Counted from the stretch's first letter, positions 9,258 through 20,529 are shown. The stretch is 64,000 nt of DNA from a candidate division FCPU426 bacterium (GCA_963738405.1 CAVTWJ010000013.1:31766-95765); one strand, 5' to 3'. Translations and numbers: made by a program. The notes: a model not told the origin generated them from the sequence alone.

Positions 9258-11107
9258 GTGGAGAAAAGGTCTACCATAGGGGCATGAAAAGACCGCCGCG
9301 GACTACCCCACGTCCGGTTACAAAAAAAAACATTTATTATCTTCAGCTGTGTCTTTGCATTTTCGTGGCTACTCCCATTTGTCTGAAAGCCCAGTCCTCT
9401 TTTTTAGATTTCTGTCCGCCCGCCCGGGAAGCGGCGCTGGGCGGAAATGGAGTGGCTTTACCCGAAGGTATCTCCAGCCTGGCTTTCAACCCGGCGGGAC
9501 TGGGGAACCTGAGTCTTTTTAAGGTTTCGGCTCGTTATGAAAATCTCTTTTCGGGGATCGAGGGGGATGATCTTTCCACAGGGAACCTTTCAGCCGTTCT
9601 TCCACTTGAATCGGGCGATGGAATTGGATTTTCTCTGGACCATTTCGGCTCCAATAACCTTGAACAAGACCGGTTGCAGGCGGCTTTCGGAAAGAGTTTT
9701 GAGGCCAGTTCCTTTCTCCATTCCCTGCGTCTGGGCTTCGATCTGTCTTTTATGCGCCAGCAATTCATTCTTCTGGCCCCCTTGGCGGGGGTGAACCCCG
9801 CCAACGTTTCGGCAAGCGCCTTTTCGATGGGGGCCGGCGCCCTTTATGACGCTTTCCCCTGGGCGACCCTGGGACTTTCCGCTGAGAATTTAAACCAGCC
9901 GAACCTGGGTGTGGTGGGAATTGATGAAATTCCCCTGTTGGTCCGCTATGGAGTGGCGGTCCGGCCAAGCGTTGGAGAGGATCATCTAGTGCTTAATCTT
10001 TCTCAATCCTGGAGCGGGGGCGACTTGGAGACCCAGGCAGGCGCCGAATGGAATTTCACCCATTGGGGCGTGTCCCTTCGGGTGGGAGGTGATTCGAACA
10101 TGGGGGTGGCCGGATTCGGCTGGCAAAACGACGGCTTGACTATCGACTACGCCTATCAATTTTCATGGAACGAAGCGCCTTCTTTGGACGGGGTGGGGCT
10201 TCCGGGAAGCCATCTGTTGGAAGTGGGTTTTTCCTGGGGAACGACGACCCGGGATGAAAAGGTCTTCCAGGATCTGTTGTTTAAGGGTCAGCAGGCGTCG
10301 AAGGACAAAAAATGGAAAGAAGCCTTTTGGTATTTTCAGCAGGCTTCCTTGCTCCAGCCGGACAATCCCACGGTTCTCCAGGGCCGTTCCGAATCCCTGC
10401 GGCAATACAACCTCCAGCGGGCGGAAACCTATTATCAGGAAGGGCTTCATGACGAGGGGCAGGGTAATTTCGGTGAGGCGAAACGAGATTATGAATGGGC
10501 CGTTTCCCTTGCGCCGGGAGAAGGCACCTATTCTATTGCCAGGGACCGAATGAAAAAGGCCCTCACCCAGGGGGCCTTGGGGGATGCCCGGGTCAGGGAC
10601 CTGTTAGAAAAATCGGTCAAGCTCTTTAAAAAGGGCGAAAGGGACTCGGCCTTGAAAAAAATCAAGGAAGCGCAGGTTCTATATCCCGAGGACGCCTTCC
10701 TCCAATTTGTGGCGAAGGCCTTTGCCCGAAAGGATGTTTCGCCGACCGACAAGGAAAGTAAAAAAATCCAACAGCTATCCGCGGAGGCCGAAATTTTCCG
10801 GAGCAAAGGACGTTTGGATCTGGCCCGGGATACCTGGCAGGAAATTCTGAAATCGGACCCCGCCAACGGATTGGCCAAGGAGAATTTGTCGGAAAGCAAT
10901 TCTTCCGAAACAACCTCCAATCTGACCGAATCCCAAAAAGCACAAGTCCAGACGCTTTTGCAGAGGGGCTTGAAAGCTTACGCCGACGGGGACACGGAAG
11001 CGGCGTTGAATGATTGGCAGGAAGTCCTTCAGATTGACCCGGTTAACGTGAATGCCTTGAACAACCTGACACGGGTCAAGATGGAAGAAGGGGAAGGCAA
11101 AAAATGA
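9254..11107 (+). CDS. PorV/PorQ (FadL-like) outer-membrane barrel fused to C-terminal TPRs
   Basis: FLDFCPPAREAALGG...SLAFNPAGL N-terminal motif, ENLNQP, IDYAYQF..SHLLEVGFSW, then several TPRs; ATGA overlap with the upstream gene. Confidence 0.75.
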   Translation: MSGEKVYHRGMKRPPRTTPRPVTKKNIYYLQLCLCIFVATPICLKAQSSFLDFCPPAREAALGGNGVALPEGISSLAFNPAGLGNLSLFKVSARYENLFSGIEGDDLSTGNLSAVLPLESGDGIGFSLDHFGSNNLEQDRLQAAFGKSFEASSFLHSLRLGFDLSFMRQQFILLAPLAGVNPANVSASAFSMGAGALYDAFPWATLGLSAENLNQPNLGVVGIDEIPLLVRYGVAVRPSVGEDHLVLNLSQSWSGGDLETQAGAEWNFTHWGVSLRVGGDSNMGVAGFGWQNDGLTIDYAYQFSWNEAPSLDGVGLPGSHLLEVGFSWGTTTRDEKVFQDLLFKGQQASKDKKWKEAFWYFQQASLLQPDNPTVLQGRSESLRQYNLQRAETYYQEGLHDEGQGNFGEAKRDYEWAVSLAPGEGTYSIARDRMKKALTQGALGDARVRDLLEKSVKLFKKGERDSALKKIKEAQVLYPEDAFLQFVAKAFARKDVSPTDKESKKIQQLSAEAEIFRSKGRLDLARDTWQEILKSDPANGLAKENLSESNSSETTSNLTESQKAQVQTLLQRGLKAYADGDTEAALNDWQEVLQIDPVNVNALNNLTRVKMEEGEGKK

Positions 11108-12516
11108 AGCTAACGACCCGGTTTTCACTCAGCCACAGCGGGGTCGTTGTGGTGGCCCTTCTTGTTAGTTTTTTACTCGTATATGAGGGGTCGCGTTATT
11201 TGTACCTTCGACAAGCCAAGCAGAGTCAGGCTCAGGAAATTTCCGATTTTGCTCTCGCTGCCAAGGAATCCTTGATTCAACACGAAGACGTGGCGGTCTT
11301 GAATTTCATGAAATCTGTGGTGAAAAATCCTACGGTAGCCTACGCGGCCTATTCCAATCCCGCCGCCGGAATGCCCGTTGTGTTGCCGTTGGAATTCCAG
11401 AAGGAAGTGTTTCCCTCCGGAATGGTCAAATGGGGCTCCGATAAAAACCCTTCGTCCCGGCGCCTTCGAAACGGCCTAGAGGTCTTGGAGTGGACAGGAT
11501 CGGTTCCGGTGGGCAACGGAATGATGAGTCATGTATGGCTGGGTTATTCCGTCGCGGCCATGAACCGTGATCTGGAAGAGCAAACGGCGAGGTGGATGCG
11601 GTTGGAATTGGAGGCGGGTGTCGCCGCGCTGCTCGTGGGTTTATTGGTGTCCATAACCCTGGGCCTTCAGATGGCTGCTCCCCTGAAAAAAATCAGCAAT
11701 GGAACCCATTTGGTTCGGTCGGGCCAGTTGGGATCCCTGGTGGGAGTCAAGCGCAACGATGAGATCGGGGACTTGGCCCGGGATTTCAATGCCATGGTAG
11801 TTCAGCTCAAGGAGTTGGATGAAATGAAAAGGGACTTTATGGCGGGGGTCACCCACGACTTGGGAACTCCCCTCCACGCGATCCGAAGCGCCATCAATTA
11901 TCTCCAGGCCGGGGACGCGGGACCGCTGACTGAAAAACAAACGGAATATCTTTTGTTGGTCGCCAACAGTACGGCCCACTTGACTGCCTTTATCAACAAT
12001 CTTTTGACGACCGCGCGCATTGAGGCGGCAAAAGTGGACCCCTATCCGGAACCGGTGGATGTCTTCGCCCATGTCAAGGAACTGGTGACCCTCTACCAGC
12101 CCCAGGCCGCCGAGAAGGGGGTCCGGCTGACTCTCGTGAAAAAGAACCCATATATTTCACTGGTCGCGGATGTGACCATGTTCCGCCAAATCGTCCTGAA
12201 CCTTATTTCCAACGCCCTGAAATTCACGTCCCGGGGGGAAGTGGATGTCATTCTGTCGGAGGAGGACGGGGACTTTATCCTGGAAGTCAGGGATACGGGA
12301 ATCGGTATTGATCCCGCCCACCACCAGCTTATCTTTGATAAATTTTACCGGGTTCACCAGCCGCCGGGAACGCCCGCTCGTCAGGGAAGCGGGCTGGGCC
12401 TGACAATCGTTAAGGGTTTAACCGAAGCCCATGGTGGAAAAGTGGTGGTGGAGAGCGCGCTGGGGAAGGGAAGCGATTTTAAAGTGATCCTACCCAAGCA
12501 ACCAAGGAGAGGTTGA
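11104..12516 (+). CDS. Membrane sensor histidine kinase (HAMP-HisKA-HATPase)
   Basis: Two TM helices, RNDEIGDLARDFNAM (HAMP), THDLGTPL, NLISNALKF, DTGIGI and GSGLGL. Confidence 0.95.
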   Translation: MKLTTRFSLSHSGVVVVALLVSFLLVYEGSRYLYLRQAKQSQAQEISDFALAAKESLIQHEDVAVLNFMKSVVKNPTVAYAAYSNPAAGMPVVLPLEFQKEVFPSGMVKWGSDKNPSSRRLRNGLEVLEWTGSVPVGNGMMSHVWLGYSVAAMNRDLEEQTARWMRLELEAGVAALLVGLLVSITLGLQMAAPLKKISNGTHLVRSGQLGSLVGVKRNDEIGDLARDFNAMVVQLKELDEMKRDFMAGVTHDLGTPLHAIRSAINYLQAGDAGPLTEKQTEYLLLVANSTAHLTAFINNLLTTARIEAAKVDPYPEPVDVFAHVKELVTLYQPQAAEKGVRLTLVKKNPYISLVADVTMFRQIVLNLISNALKFTSRGEVDVILSEEDGDFILEVRDTGIGIDPAHHQLIFDKFYRVHQPPGTPARQGSGLGLTIVKGLTEAHGGKVVVESALGKGSDFKVILPKQPRRG

Positions 12517-12579
12517 AATGAAAACCTATGGGCGCGTCGATTTCTATCTATCTCAATCCGCCGGATTAGGGGAGGAAAC

Positions 12580-13272
12580 ATGAAACAACCTTCGATACTC
12601 ATGATTGAAGACGACCCATCCGTTTCAACCTTAACTCGTGACCTTTTTTTAAAAGAAGGGTACAAAGTTCGTATGTCGTCCAAGGCCATGGAAGGCTGGG
12701 ACATTCTCCAAAAGGAAGAATTTGACCTTTTAATACTAGATTTGGGTTTGCCGGATATGAACGGCTTGGATCTTTGCAACAAGATCAAGAGGGATCCGGC
12801 TCGGGGACAAATTCCTATTTTTATCCTGACGGCCTTAGGTTCCTCGGAGGATATCGTCAAAGGTTTGGAAGCGGGCGCCGAGGACTATCTTTCCAAGCCT
12901 TTCAACGAGCGGGAATTTTTGGCCCGGGCCCGGGCGATCTTGCGGAGGCACGATCCGCTTGTCACGAAGGATGAACAAATCATTTCCGGGAAAATTAAAT
13001 TGTCCTCCGCGTCCCACGAGGCTTGGAGTTCGGACGCGCCGATCCAGCTCACCCTTCGGGAATTCGATATTCTTCGTGTCTTTCTTCTCAATCCGGGAAA
13101 GACCCTGACGCGGGAAGAAATGGTGAGGATGGCATGGGGACCCGCCACAACGATTGTTTCCAAAGTGGTGGACGTTCACGTTGGCCACCTGCGCGCGAAG
13201 TTGGGGGCGGAAGGAAAAAGAATCGCTACCGTTCCTCAAGTTGGATACAAGCTGGTTCCTGTTAAGTCCTGA
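12580..13272 (+). CDS. OmpR/PhoB-family response regulator
   Basis: IEDD, LILDLGLPDMNG, DYLSKPF, LTLREFDIL, VDVHVGHLRAKL and VGYKL; RBS GGAGG. Confidence 0.95.
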   Translation: MKQPSILMIEDDPSVSTLTRDLFLKEGYKVRMSSKAMEGWDILQKEEFDLLILDLGLPDMNGLDLCNKIKRDPARGQIPIFILTALGSSEDIVKGLEAGAEDYLSKPFNEREFLARARAILRRHDPLVTKDEQIISGKIKLSSASHEAWSSDAPIQLTLREFDILRVFLLNPGKTLTREEMVRMAWGPATTIVSKVVDVHVGHLRAKLGAEGKRIATVPQVGYKLVPVKS

Positions 13273-13440
13273 CACGCCTCGCGCTAAAACCCGAAAAAAT
13301 TTCACGACCTTCCGAAAAATATTCTTTCAAAAACTTTTTAAAAATTTTTCCGCCCGCCCACAATCTGTTAAACGTCAAACACTCTGAAAAAACGTTTCGA
13401 GCCGAAACCGCTTTCATGAATTGGATCGGTTTAAGCAAAT

Positions 13441-13484
13441 ATCGATATGAGTTCTTTACCACATCTATACCGCTTCTTTACCAG
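13441..13484 (+). promoter_or_regulatory. Tandem 11-bp direct repeats, a putative OmpR-family binding site
   Basis: ATCGATATGAG / TTCTTTACCAC / ATCTATACCGC / TTCTTTACCAG at an exact 11-bp period. Confidence 0.5.
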
Positions 13485-13612
13485 GCCCTTAAGGAATTGC
13501 GGGTAACCTTACATCAAGCGACAAACGATTTCTGAATTTCCAGTTCCTGCCGGAATGGAATAAATAAAAAAATGCTTTCTGAAACCGATTGAACTCGGTT
13601 CGAGGATGTTCA

Positions 13613-16600
13613 ATGGCCGTTACGGGGATGAATGTGGGTGCTTCCGTTGAATCGGCGGGCACTTTCAAAAAAATAAAATTATTTTTGATTCGATTGAAAA
13701 ATGTTTTTTTCAGTGTATGGAAGCTTTTGTGCTTAAAACCTTCCGGCTGTGTTCGACCGCATTTCACTTTCCTCATAATTTTGTCGTTTATCTTATTTGC
13801 TTCTTCTCATGCGAAGGCCCAAGTTTGGCCCAACGGTTGTTTCACCAGCGGCCTCACTGATTGGTCGTCGGTGGTGAATGCAGGTACGAACGCCACTGCG
13901 GGAGGGTTGAATGGTGTAGGCGGCACTGGCAATTGCGTCGGCCAGGTTCTCCAGGTAACAAATGCCACGGTCTATCCGGGGCAAACGGCCCCCGGCTTCG
14001 CCCCGAATTCAAACGGATTGCTTCCCATGGTGCCCCCGGGCCAAACGACGGCCGTACAGCTCTTCTCCGGCCATGGCGACCAAAACCACAGCGACTGGGC
14101 TAGGGTTTGCCAGACAACAACCGTTCCCACCAATGGAAACACCTGTTTGAACTTTCTTCTGGCCGGGGTTTTTGAGAACTACCATTTTAATAATCCTGGA
14201 CAGCGCGCGGATGACGCCTTCATGGAAGTTCGTATTGTTCTGGGGGCGGCCAATTGCAACGCTCAGCCACCCGCAAATCCGGTCATTTATGACCTTGTGG
14301 TTAATTGGATATACCTTAACGGATCGGGTCTTCTCCAGTTGGACGGACTTGAAGGAAACGGGGCCGGAACCTATGGGACCGCTACCGCCTGTCAGGTGAA
14401 CGGCGATAACCCCCCCAATGACCCTTGCGATTGGGGAATCCTTCCCTGGACCCCCTACGAACTGAACCTTTGCCAATACGCCGGCCAACAAATCACCATT
14501 GAGGTATCGACCTACGATTGCCTGGAGAGCGGACACTATTGCTGGGGTTATTTTGACTGTCCGACCTGGGGCTCTTGTGCCCCCGCTCCCGTCACTTTAA
14601 CAAAATCCAACAGTCCAACCGGTCGAGTAAGCGAGGGTCAAACCATCACCTATACTCTGAATTATCAAAACACGAGTTCAACACAATTCACCGATGGAGT
14701 CGTGATCTATGACACGATTCCCACCGGCACGGGCTATGTGACCGACTCCCAAGCCAGCAACCCCTATATGCCGGTGACCTTTGCCAACACGTCCGGCCGG
14801 GGGGTCGTGAGTTTGGTAGGATGGGACATAGGATATTTAAAACCGCTGGCGTCGGGAACCCTTTCCTTTGCTGTGACTGTTGGCCCCTTGGCTAACGGCG
14901 CATGCGCAGAAACGATCGTCAACCAGGCGGCAGAGACCGACGACCTTACTTGTTATTTGGTTCCGAATATATTGACATCCAATTCCGTTACCAATGTTGT
15001 GGGCTATACCTGCACACCAAGCCCCACTAAAACTGCGACGCCGTCACCTACCAACACCATCACCCCGACACCCAGTAAGACTCCAACCCTCACCCCCACG
15101 AACACTCCAACACCAACTCCTACGAATACCCCAACTAACACACCTACGCCCACGCCCACTTGGACTCCCACGAATACGCCCACCTATACACCGACTCCAA
15201 CCCCCACGAACACTCCGACGGAAACACCAACTCCCACCGACACAAAGACTCCTACTAATACCCCTACGAATACTCCAACCCCTACCCCAACCAACACTCC
15301 GACGAATACTCCAACAGTTACTCTCACCCGCACCCCCACTAATACCTATACCCAAACACCGACTCCTACTCCTTCTAATACTCCTACCGACACGCCGACT
15401 CCGACTAATACCCGGACGCCCACCAATACGCCGACCCAAACCCCGACACCCACACCCACCAACACTCCAACGGATACCCTGACCGCGACTCCAACCCGGA
15501 CTCCTACCAATACACCCACGGTCACCCATACTCCCGTTTTTACCTACACCCAAACCCCCACGAGTACTCCCACCAACACGCCCACTGTGACCTTTACGCC
15601 TACTCCCACCAACACACCGACGAATACCCCCACGCCCACCCCAACCTTTACACCCACCCTGACACCCACTCAAACCTTCACCCCGACTCCGACCATTACC
15701 CCCACGAATACCTTTACCGCCACACCGACCGCAACCCCGACCAATACCCGTACGATCACTTGGACCGCGACGCCTACGGTAACACCCACCAATACCTTTA
15801 CGCCGACCTCAACCCTGACGCCCACCAATACTCCGACGACGACACCGACCCGCACTCCCACGAATTCGTCTACTTTTACCCCCACGGTAACCCCGACCTA
15901 TACGGCAACCAACACCTTCACCTGGACCATTACTTGGACGCCAAGCTGGACTCAAACCCCCACCTCAACCCCCACCATGACCCCGACCCCCAGCCCCACG
16001 CCTGTTTATTTACTCACCAAACAAGCGTCGAAATACACCGCTACCTCCGGTGACCTGGTAGTCTTCCAGCTCAACCTTTATCTTCCTAATTCCATACCCG
16101 CAGGCGCCGTGATTACCGACCAACTTCCGGTGGATGTCAATTTCAAGGACTTCCAACAGAGCCCCTCCGGCTCTACCGCCTCCCAAACCGGTTCCACCCT
16201 CAGCTGGACCTTGCCCGCCCTTCCAGCCGGGGTCTATCCCTTTACTTACGAGGTGGGAATCGATAATTTCCTTCCCAATGGGGAACAGTTGGTGAACACC
16301 GCGGTATTTAACTCATCCTCCCTGCCGCCCCTTTCCGCCGCCGCGACGGTTCTCACGGTGGGGCAGTACGTCATCAAGTTGGGTGTCTATAACGAGGCCG
16401 GGGAATTGATTTACAGCTTCCCGGTCACCACCATGACCCAGCCCGTCGGGTCGCTCCAGGCGCCCCTAACCGTCCTCCAAACGGCAACTGATGTGGTGAA
16501 GATCTATTTTGACGGGGCTCTTTTAGGCCAATGGAACGGCAACACTAATTCGGGCACACCCGCCACCAACGGCACCTATCACGTCCAGGCGACCAGTGTT

Positions 16601-17263
16601 GATTCTCTCGGCACCATCAATACCACCACGCTCCAAGTGGTGGTGAACCGGTCCTACTCCCAAGTTACGGTGGAAGTGTTCAATGAAGCGGGAGAAGTGG
16701 TGCGCCATCTCTACGGCACACTGGCGGCGCCCGTGAGCGTCCAGATGGCGGGGGTCGATCTTTCCGCGGAAAGTTTCAACCCCTACGCCCCGCCGACCCA
16801 GCCTCAAGACACGGTCCTCACCATCACGGATTCTCAGGGCGCTGCGGTGTCTCTGACTTGGGATGGGCGCAATGACAGCGGTGTCGTGGTGACCACCGGA
16901 AGATACCTTCTTTCGGTTCATTGGAAGGATGGCACCGGCGACGAACAGACCATCAATAAGTACGTGACCTTAATGGACGCGGGAGGGCCCGCGGGCTTGG
17001 TGACCGCTAGGCCGAATATCTTGAGGGGCAGGGGCGCCTCCACCCAAATCGTGGCAAGCCAGCAGGGATTGACCCTAACGGTTCAAATCTACGATTTGAT
17101 GGGGGAGATGGTGGATAAGGTGGAAGGTCCGGCGGGTCAAAGCCAGGCGGTTTGGTCGGCGTTAAAAGCGGCGAGCGGCCTTTACTTGGCGGTGGTGGAT
17201 CTGACGGACGCAGCGGGAAATAGGGTTTCCCGGCAGATCCTCAAGTTAGTCGTGACCCATTAA
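13613..17263 (+). CDS. Giant secreted protein: Cys-rich N-domain, DUF11-like modules, a long (T-x)n stalk, two FlgD-like modules and a terminal T9SS-like domain
   Basis: ORF 13589..17263; ATG 13613 has a GAGG RBS. Motifs LTKSNSP..ITYTLNY..DTIP, VYNEAGE, FNEAGE..WDGRND and [26 protein letters not shown]. Confidence 0.85.
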   Translation: MAVTGMNVGASVESAGTFKKIKLFLIRLKNVFFSVWKLLCLKPSGCVRPHFTFLIILSFILFASSHAKAQVWPNGCFTSGLTDWSSVVNAGTNATAGGLNGVGGTGNCVGQVLQVTNATVYPGQTAPGFAPNSNGLLPMVPPGQTTAVQLFSGHGDQNHSDWARVCQTTTVPTNGNTCLNFLLAGVFENYHFNNPGQRADDAFMEVRIVLGAANCNAQPPANPVIYDLVVNWIYLNGSGLLQLDGLEGNGAGTYGTATACQVNGDNPPNDPCDWGILPWTPYELNLCQYAGQQITIEVSTYDCLESGHYCWGYFDCPTWGSCAPAPVTLTKSNSPTGRVSEGQTITYTLNYQNTSSTQFTDGVVIYDTIPTGTGYVTDSQASNPYMPVTFANTSGRGVVSLVGWDIGYLKPLASGTLSFAVTVGPLANGACAETIVNQAAETDDLTCYLVPNILTSNSVTNVVGYTCTPSPTKTATPSPTNTITPTPSKTPTLTPTNTPTPTPTNTPTNTPTPTPTWTPTNTPTYTPTPTPTNTPTETPTPTDTKTPTNTPTNTPTPTPTNTPTNTPTVTLTRTPTNTYTQTPTPTPSNTPTDTPTPTNTRTPTNTPTQTPTPTPTNTPTDTLTATPTRTPTNTPTVTHTPVFTYTQTPTSTPTNTPTVTFTPTPTNTPTNTPTPTPTFTPTLTPTQTFTPTPTITPTNTFTATPTATPTNTRTITWTATPTVTPTNTFTPTSTLTPTNTPTTTPTRTPTNSSTFTPTVTPTYTATNTFTWTITWTPSWTQTPTSTPTMTPTPSPTPVYLLTKQASKYTATSGDLVVFQLNLYLPNSIPAGAVITDQLPVDVNFKDFQQSPSGSTASQTGSTLSWTLPALPAGVYPFTYEVGIDNFLPNGEQLVNTAVFNSSSLPPLSAAATVLTVGQYVIKLGVYNEAGELIYSFPVTTMTQPVGSLQAPLTVLQTATDVVKIYFDGALLGQWNGNTNSGTPATNGTYHVQATSVDSLGTINTTTLQVVVNRSYSQVTVEVFNEAGEVVRHLYGTLAAPVSVQMAGVDLSAESFNPYAPPTQPQDTVLTITDSQGAAVSLTWDGRNDSGVVVTTGRYLLSVHWKDGTGDEQTINKYVTLMDAGGPAGLVTARPNILRGRGASTQIVASQQGLTLTVQIYDLMGEMVDKVEGPAGQSQAVWSALKAASGLYLAVVDLTDAAGNRVSRQILKLVVTH

Positions 17264-17265
17264 TC

Positions 17266-17303
17266 TCAACATCTCCTCTGTTCTCTGGGGATGTTGAAAA
17301 AAG
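17266..17303. terminator. Hairpin after the giant ORF, a probable terminator
   Basis: TCAACATCTCC/GGGGATGTTGA stem followed by an A-tract. Confidence 0.45.
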
Positions 17304-17540
17304 TTTAAGGAGAAAAGATGGAAGAAAACCTCAACAAACGTTCAGCGGGTCAAGATGCAAATACCATCCTCGAAAAATGGTATGAGGATGTGGTTTATTC
17401 CGTCGCCGAGCAAATTGAGCTAGAACGCCAGAATGGGATTGCCGACAAAGCCAAAACCCACCCTTTTCCCTCTCAATCGTAGGATTCTTAGCCCGCCTTT
17501 GGGTATAATTCCCCGCCCATAAAAAATTGAAGGGGAATCC

Positions 17541-19088
17541 ATGACCCAGTTTCAAAGCTTTAACCGCTTTTTCGCATTCTTTCTTTCAATATCCCTCGCC
17601 TTTGCCGTGACGGCTCTTGCCGAAGAGTCCACCCCATCAACCCCCGCCCCCGACCAAACTTCATCCGACATGAACCTTCCCGTCATTGAAAAAACTTTGA
17701 GCAATGGCTTGAAAGTCCTCGTCGTGGAAGAGCCGGGAATTCCCGTTGTGTCCTTCTCTTATATGCAGCCCGTCGGGGCCCAGGACGCTCCCAAGGGCAA
17801 AACGGGACTGCCCCATATGTTGGAACACATGATGTTCAAGGGCACCGAGACCATCGGGGCCAAAGATTACTCCAAGGAAGAACCCATCTTGGAAGAGCAG
17901 GACAAGGTGGCCGCCGAGATTAACGAAGAAAACGCCAAGTTGGAACCCAATCCCGACCGCTTGAAGGAACTGGCCGGGGAAATGAAAAAGCTTCAACTTG
18001 AAGACCGCCAATGGGTCATCAAGGACGAACTGGATTCCATCTATACCCAAAACGGGGGCCAAAGCCTCAACGCCTGGACCAGCCAGGACGCAACTAATTA
18101 CACCGTGACCCTGCCCGCCAATAAAGTAGCCCTTTATGCCACCATCGAACAGGACCGCCTGACCCATCCGGTCTTCCGCGAGTTTTATTCCGAGCGCGAC
18201 GTGGTGGCCCAGGAAAGGCGCTGGCGCACCGAATCCAGTCCTGACGGCAAGCTGGAAGAGGCGCTGGAATCCACGGCTTTTTCCGCCAGCCCCTACAAGG
18301 ACCCGGCCATCGGCTGGATGGGCGACATCCACAAACTTATGCGCCCCGACGCGGTGCAATTTTACCGAAGCTCTTACCGGCCCGACCGGGGGGTGCTGGC
18401 GGTAGTAGGCGGGGTGAAAGCGGACGAGGTTTTGCCTCTCTTTGAGAAAACCATCGGCCAGGTGCCCAACCCCGATGTGCCTCCCTTGAAGCAGGCCTGG
18501 ACCCAGGAACCTCCCCAACAGGGCCCCAAAACAGTTCGGGTGTCCTTTGACGCCGACCCCATGGTAATGATGGGCTGGCATATCCCCAACTTTCCCCATA
18601 AAGACTCGGTGACGCTGGATGTGCTTTGCGACATCCTTACAAGTGGCAATACCTCTCGCCTGGTGAAGGGGCTGGAACTGGAAAAGAAGATGGTGACCTC
18701 CATCAGCGCCTCCACCGGCTATCCCGGCGATCGCTCCCCCGACTTAATGGTGATGCAGTTCAACCCCGCGCCCGGGCAAAAGGAAGACAAGATCATCTCG
18801 GCCATCGAGGCCGAAATCGCCTCCATTCAAAAGAAGGGCGTTACCCAAGAGGAAATGGACCGGGCCCGCCGGGGAACCGAATCCTCTTTTCTATGGGGCA
18901 AGACCAGCCCCTCCGGGCTGGCCACCGACCTGGCCTATAACCAGGCCGTCCATGGCGATTACCGCTACCTGGCGAAATACATCGATATGGCCAGCGCCAT
19001 TACTTCGCAGGATATCCAAGCCGCCGCCAAAACCTATCTGGTGACCGACAACCTTACGACCGCTTATTTGGAAAGGGCCAAGCCATGA
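17541..19088 (+). CDS. M16 family zinc peptidase, catalytic subunit (exported)
   Basis: HMLEH (HxxEH), NAWTSQD and ERDVVAQERR; signal peptide. Confidence 0.93.
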   Translation: MTQFQSFNRFFAFFLSISLAFAVTALAEESTPSTPAPDQTSSDMNLPVIEKTLSNGLKVLVVEEPGIPVVSFSYMQPVGAQDAPKGKTGLPHMLEHMMFKGTETIGAKDYSKEEPILEEQDKVAAEINEENAKLEPNPDRLKELAGEMKKLQLEDRQWVIKDELDSIYTQNGGQSLNAWTSQDATNYTVTLPANKVALYATIEQDRLTHPVFREFYSERDVVAQERRWRTESSPDGKLEEALESTAFSASPYKDPAIGWMGDIHKLMRPDAVQFYRSSYRPDRGVLAVVGGVKADEVLPLFEKTIGQVPNPDVPPLKQAWTQEPPQQGPKTVRVSFDADPMVMMGWHIPNFPHKDSVTLDVLCDILTSGNTSRLVKGLELEKKMVTSISASTGYPGDRSPDLMVMQFNPAPGQKEDKIISAIEAEIASIQKKGVTQEEMDRARRGTESSFLWGKTSPSGLATDLAYNQAVHGDYRYLAKYIDMASAITSQDIQAAAKTYLVTDNLTTAYLERAKP

Positions 19089-20521
19089 AAACAACCTTTT
19101 CGTCCTTCAATCTAATCAAGATCGCTTCTATTTATGCCTTCCTTGCTCTTCTGGGAACTGCGGTTTGTGCCAAACCGCCCCAGTTTCCGCCTGAAACGCC
19201 TTTGGAAATAAAAGTTCCCGATATCCATGTCAAAACCCTTTCCTGCGGACTGAAGGTTCTCTTCATTCACGACGACCGCCTGCCTCTTGTTTCTGGCTCC
19301 CTCCGCATTCCGGGCGGCAATGTCTCGGACCCGCAAGGCAAGGAAGGTCTGGCGGCCCTGACGGCTGAGTCCCTTCGTAACGGCGGTGCGGGAAAACTCA
19401 AACCCGGGGCTTTCGACGAGGCGCTGGAAAATAAGGCCATCTCCATGGGCTGTACCAGCGAGACGGAAGACTTTAACGCCACCTTCAATTGCCTGGCCCC
19501 CGATCTTTCGGAGGCTTTGGGATACTTCGCTGACCTGATTCGCCACCCGGGGTTTGACGCCAAACGTTTGGCTACCGACCAATTGGACCAGGCGGAGGAT
19601 TTAAACCGCGTGGAAGACACCCCCGATTCCATCACCAGGGTCCTTTTTACCAAGACTCTCTTTGGGCAGTCGCCTTACGGCCGGTGGGGAAGCCCCGCGA
19701 CAGTTAAAAAGCTGAATCCCAACGACGTGAAGAATTTTTACGGAAAGCATTTCGGTCCCAAAGGATCTGTGCTGGTGGTGACCGGTAAGTTTGATGAGGA
19801 TCAGGTTTCCGCTGAGCTGGAAAGACTCTTTTCAGGATGGAAGGCTCAGGGTCAAACACCCGCATATGCCGATGCCGAGCCCATGGGCCCCACGATTTAC
19901 TTCTTCCCTAAGGATGTGACCCAGGTTTTTATCCGCTTCGGCCTGCCGGGTTTGAAGCGCCACGACCTCAATGACATACCTCTTCAAGTCGCCAATTACG
20001 TATTGGGCGGTTCGGGCTTCACCTCGCGCTTGATGAGAGAAATTCGCTCCAATCGGGGGCTGGCCTACTTTGTGGATAGCTACTTCCTGCCCTATAACAT
20101 CAAAGGCCCTTTCCAGGTTGTGGGAGGAACCCGGCCCGATTCGGTGAAGGAATATTTGACGGTCATGTTTGATCAGTTAGCCCAATACGCAAAGGAAGGT
20201 CCCACCGAAGCCGAGATGGAAGCAGCCCGGAAGGGAATGATTGAGGAATACGCTTATAACTTCGAATCATCTTTTAATCTCGCCACTTACGAAGGTTCGT
20301 TGGCCTTTAATGGCTACCCGGATGATTATCTGGAAACCTTCCGTGACAAGATCAAGGCCGTCACCGGGACCCAAGCCGCCGAAGCGGAACAAGCTGTTTT
20401 GAACCAGAAGAATTGGGTGCTGGTGGTTTGCGGGCCTGATGGTTTGCAGAAGGACCTGGAAGGTTTCGGTAAGGTCGTGACGATGAAGAGCGTCTTCGCG
20501 CCGATTCCCGTAAAACCTTAA
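19085..20521 (+). CDS. M16 family peptidase, non-catalytic partner subunit
   Basis: M16 fold motifs (GLAAL, LGGSGFTSRLMREIRSNRGLAY) without HxxEH; ATGA overlap. Confidence 0.9.
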   Translation: MKTTFSSFNLIKIASIYAFLALLGTAVCAKPPQFPPETPLEIKVPDIHVKTLSCGLKVLFIHDDRLPLVSGSLRIPGGNVSDPQGKEGLAALTAESLRNGGAGKLKPGAFDEALENKAISMGCTSETEDFNATFNCLAPDLSEALGYFADLIRHPGFDAKRLATDQLDQAEDLNRVEDTPDSITRVLFTKTLFGQSPYGRWGSPATVKKLNPNDVKNFYGKHFGPKGSVLVVTGKFDEDQVSAELERLFSGWKAQGQTPAYADAEPMGPTIYFFPKDVTQVFIRFGLPGLKRHDLNDIPLQVANYVLGGSGFTSRLMREIRSNRGLAYFVDSYFLPYNIKGPFQVVGGTRPDSVKEYLTVMFDQLAQYAKEGPTEAEMEAARKGMIEEYAYNFESSFNLATYEGSLAFNGYPDDYLETFRDKIKAVTGTQAAEAEQAVLNQKNWVLVVCGPDGLQKDLEGFGKVVTMKSVFAPIPVKP

Positions 20522-20529
20522 TCAGGAAT

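Noticed and set aside
13501..13530. GGTAAC upstream of the giant cargo gene as a third ECF promoter
   Set aside because: There is no CTCTA at the 16-bp spacing.
15010..16000. Highly repetitive AC-rich DNA as a possible CRISPR array or DNA tandem repeat
   Set aside because: There is no constant repeat with unique spacers and no cas genes; the repetition is at protein level with varied codons.
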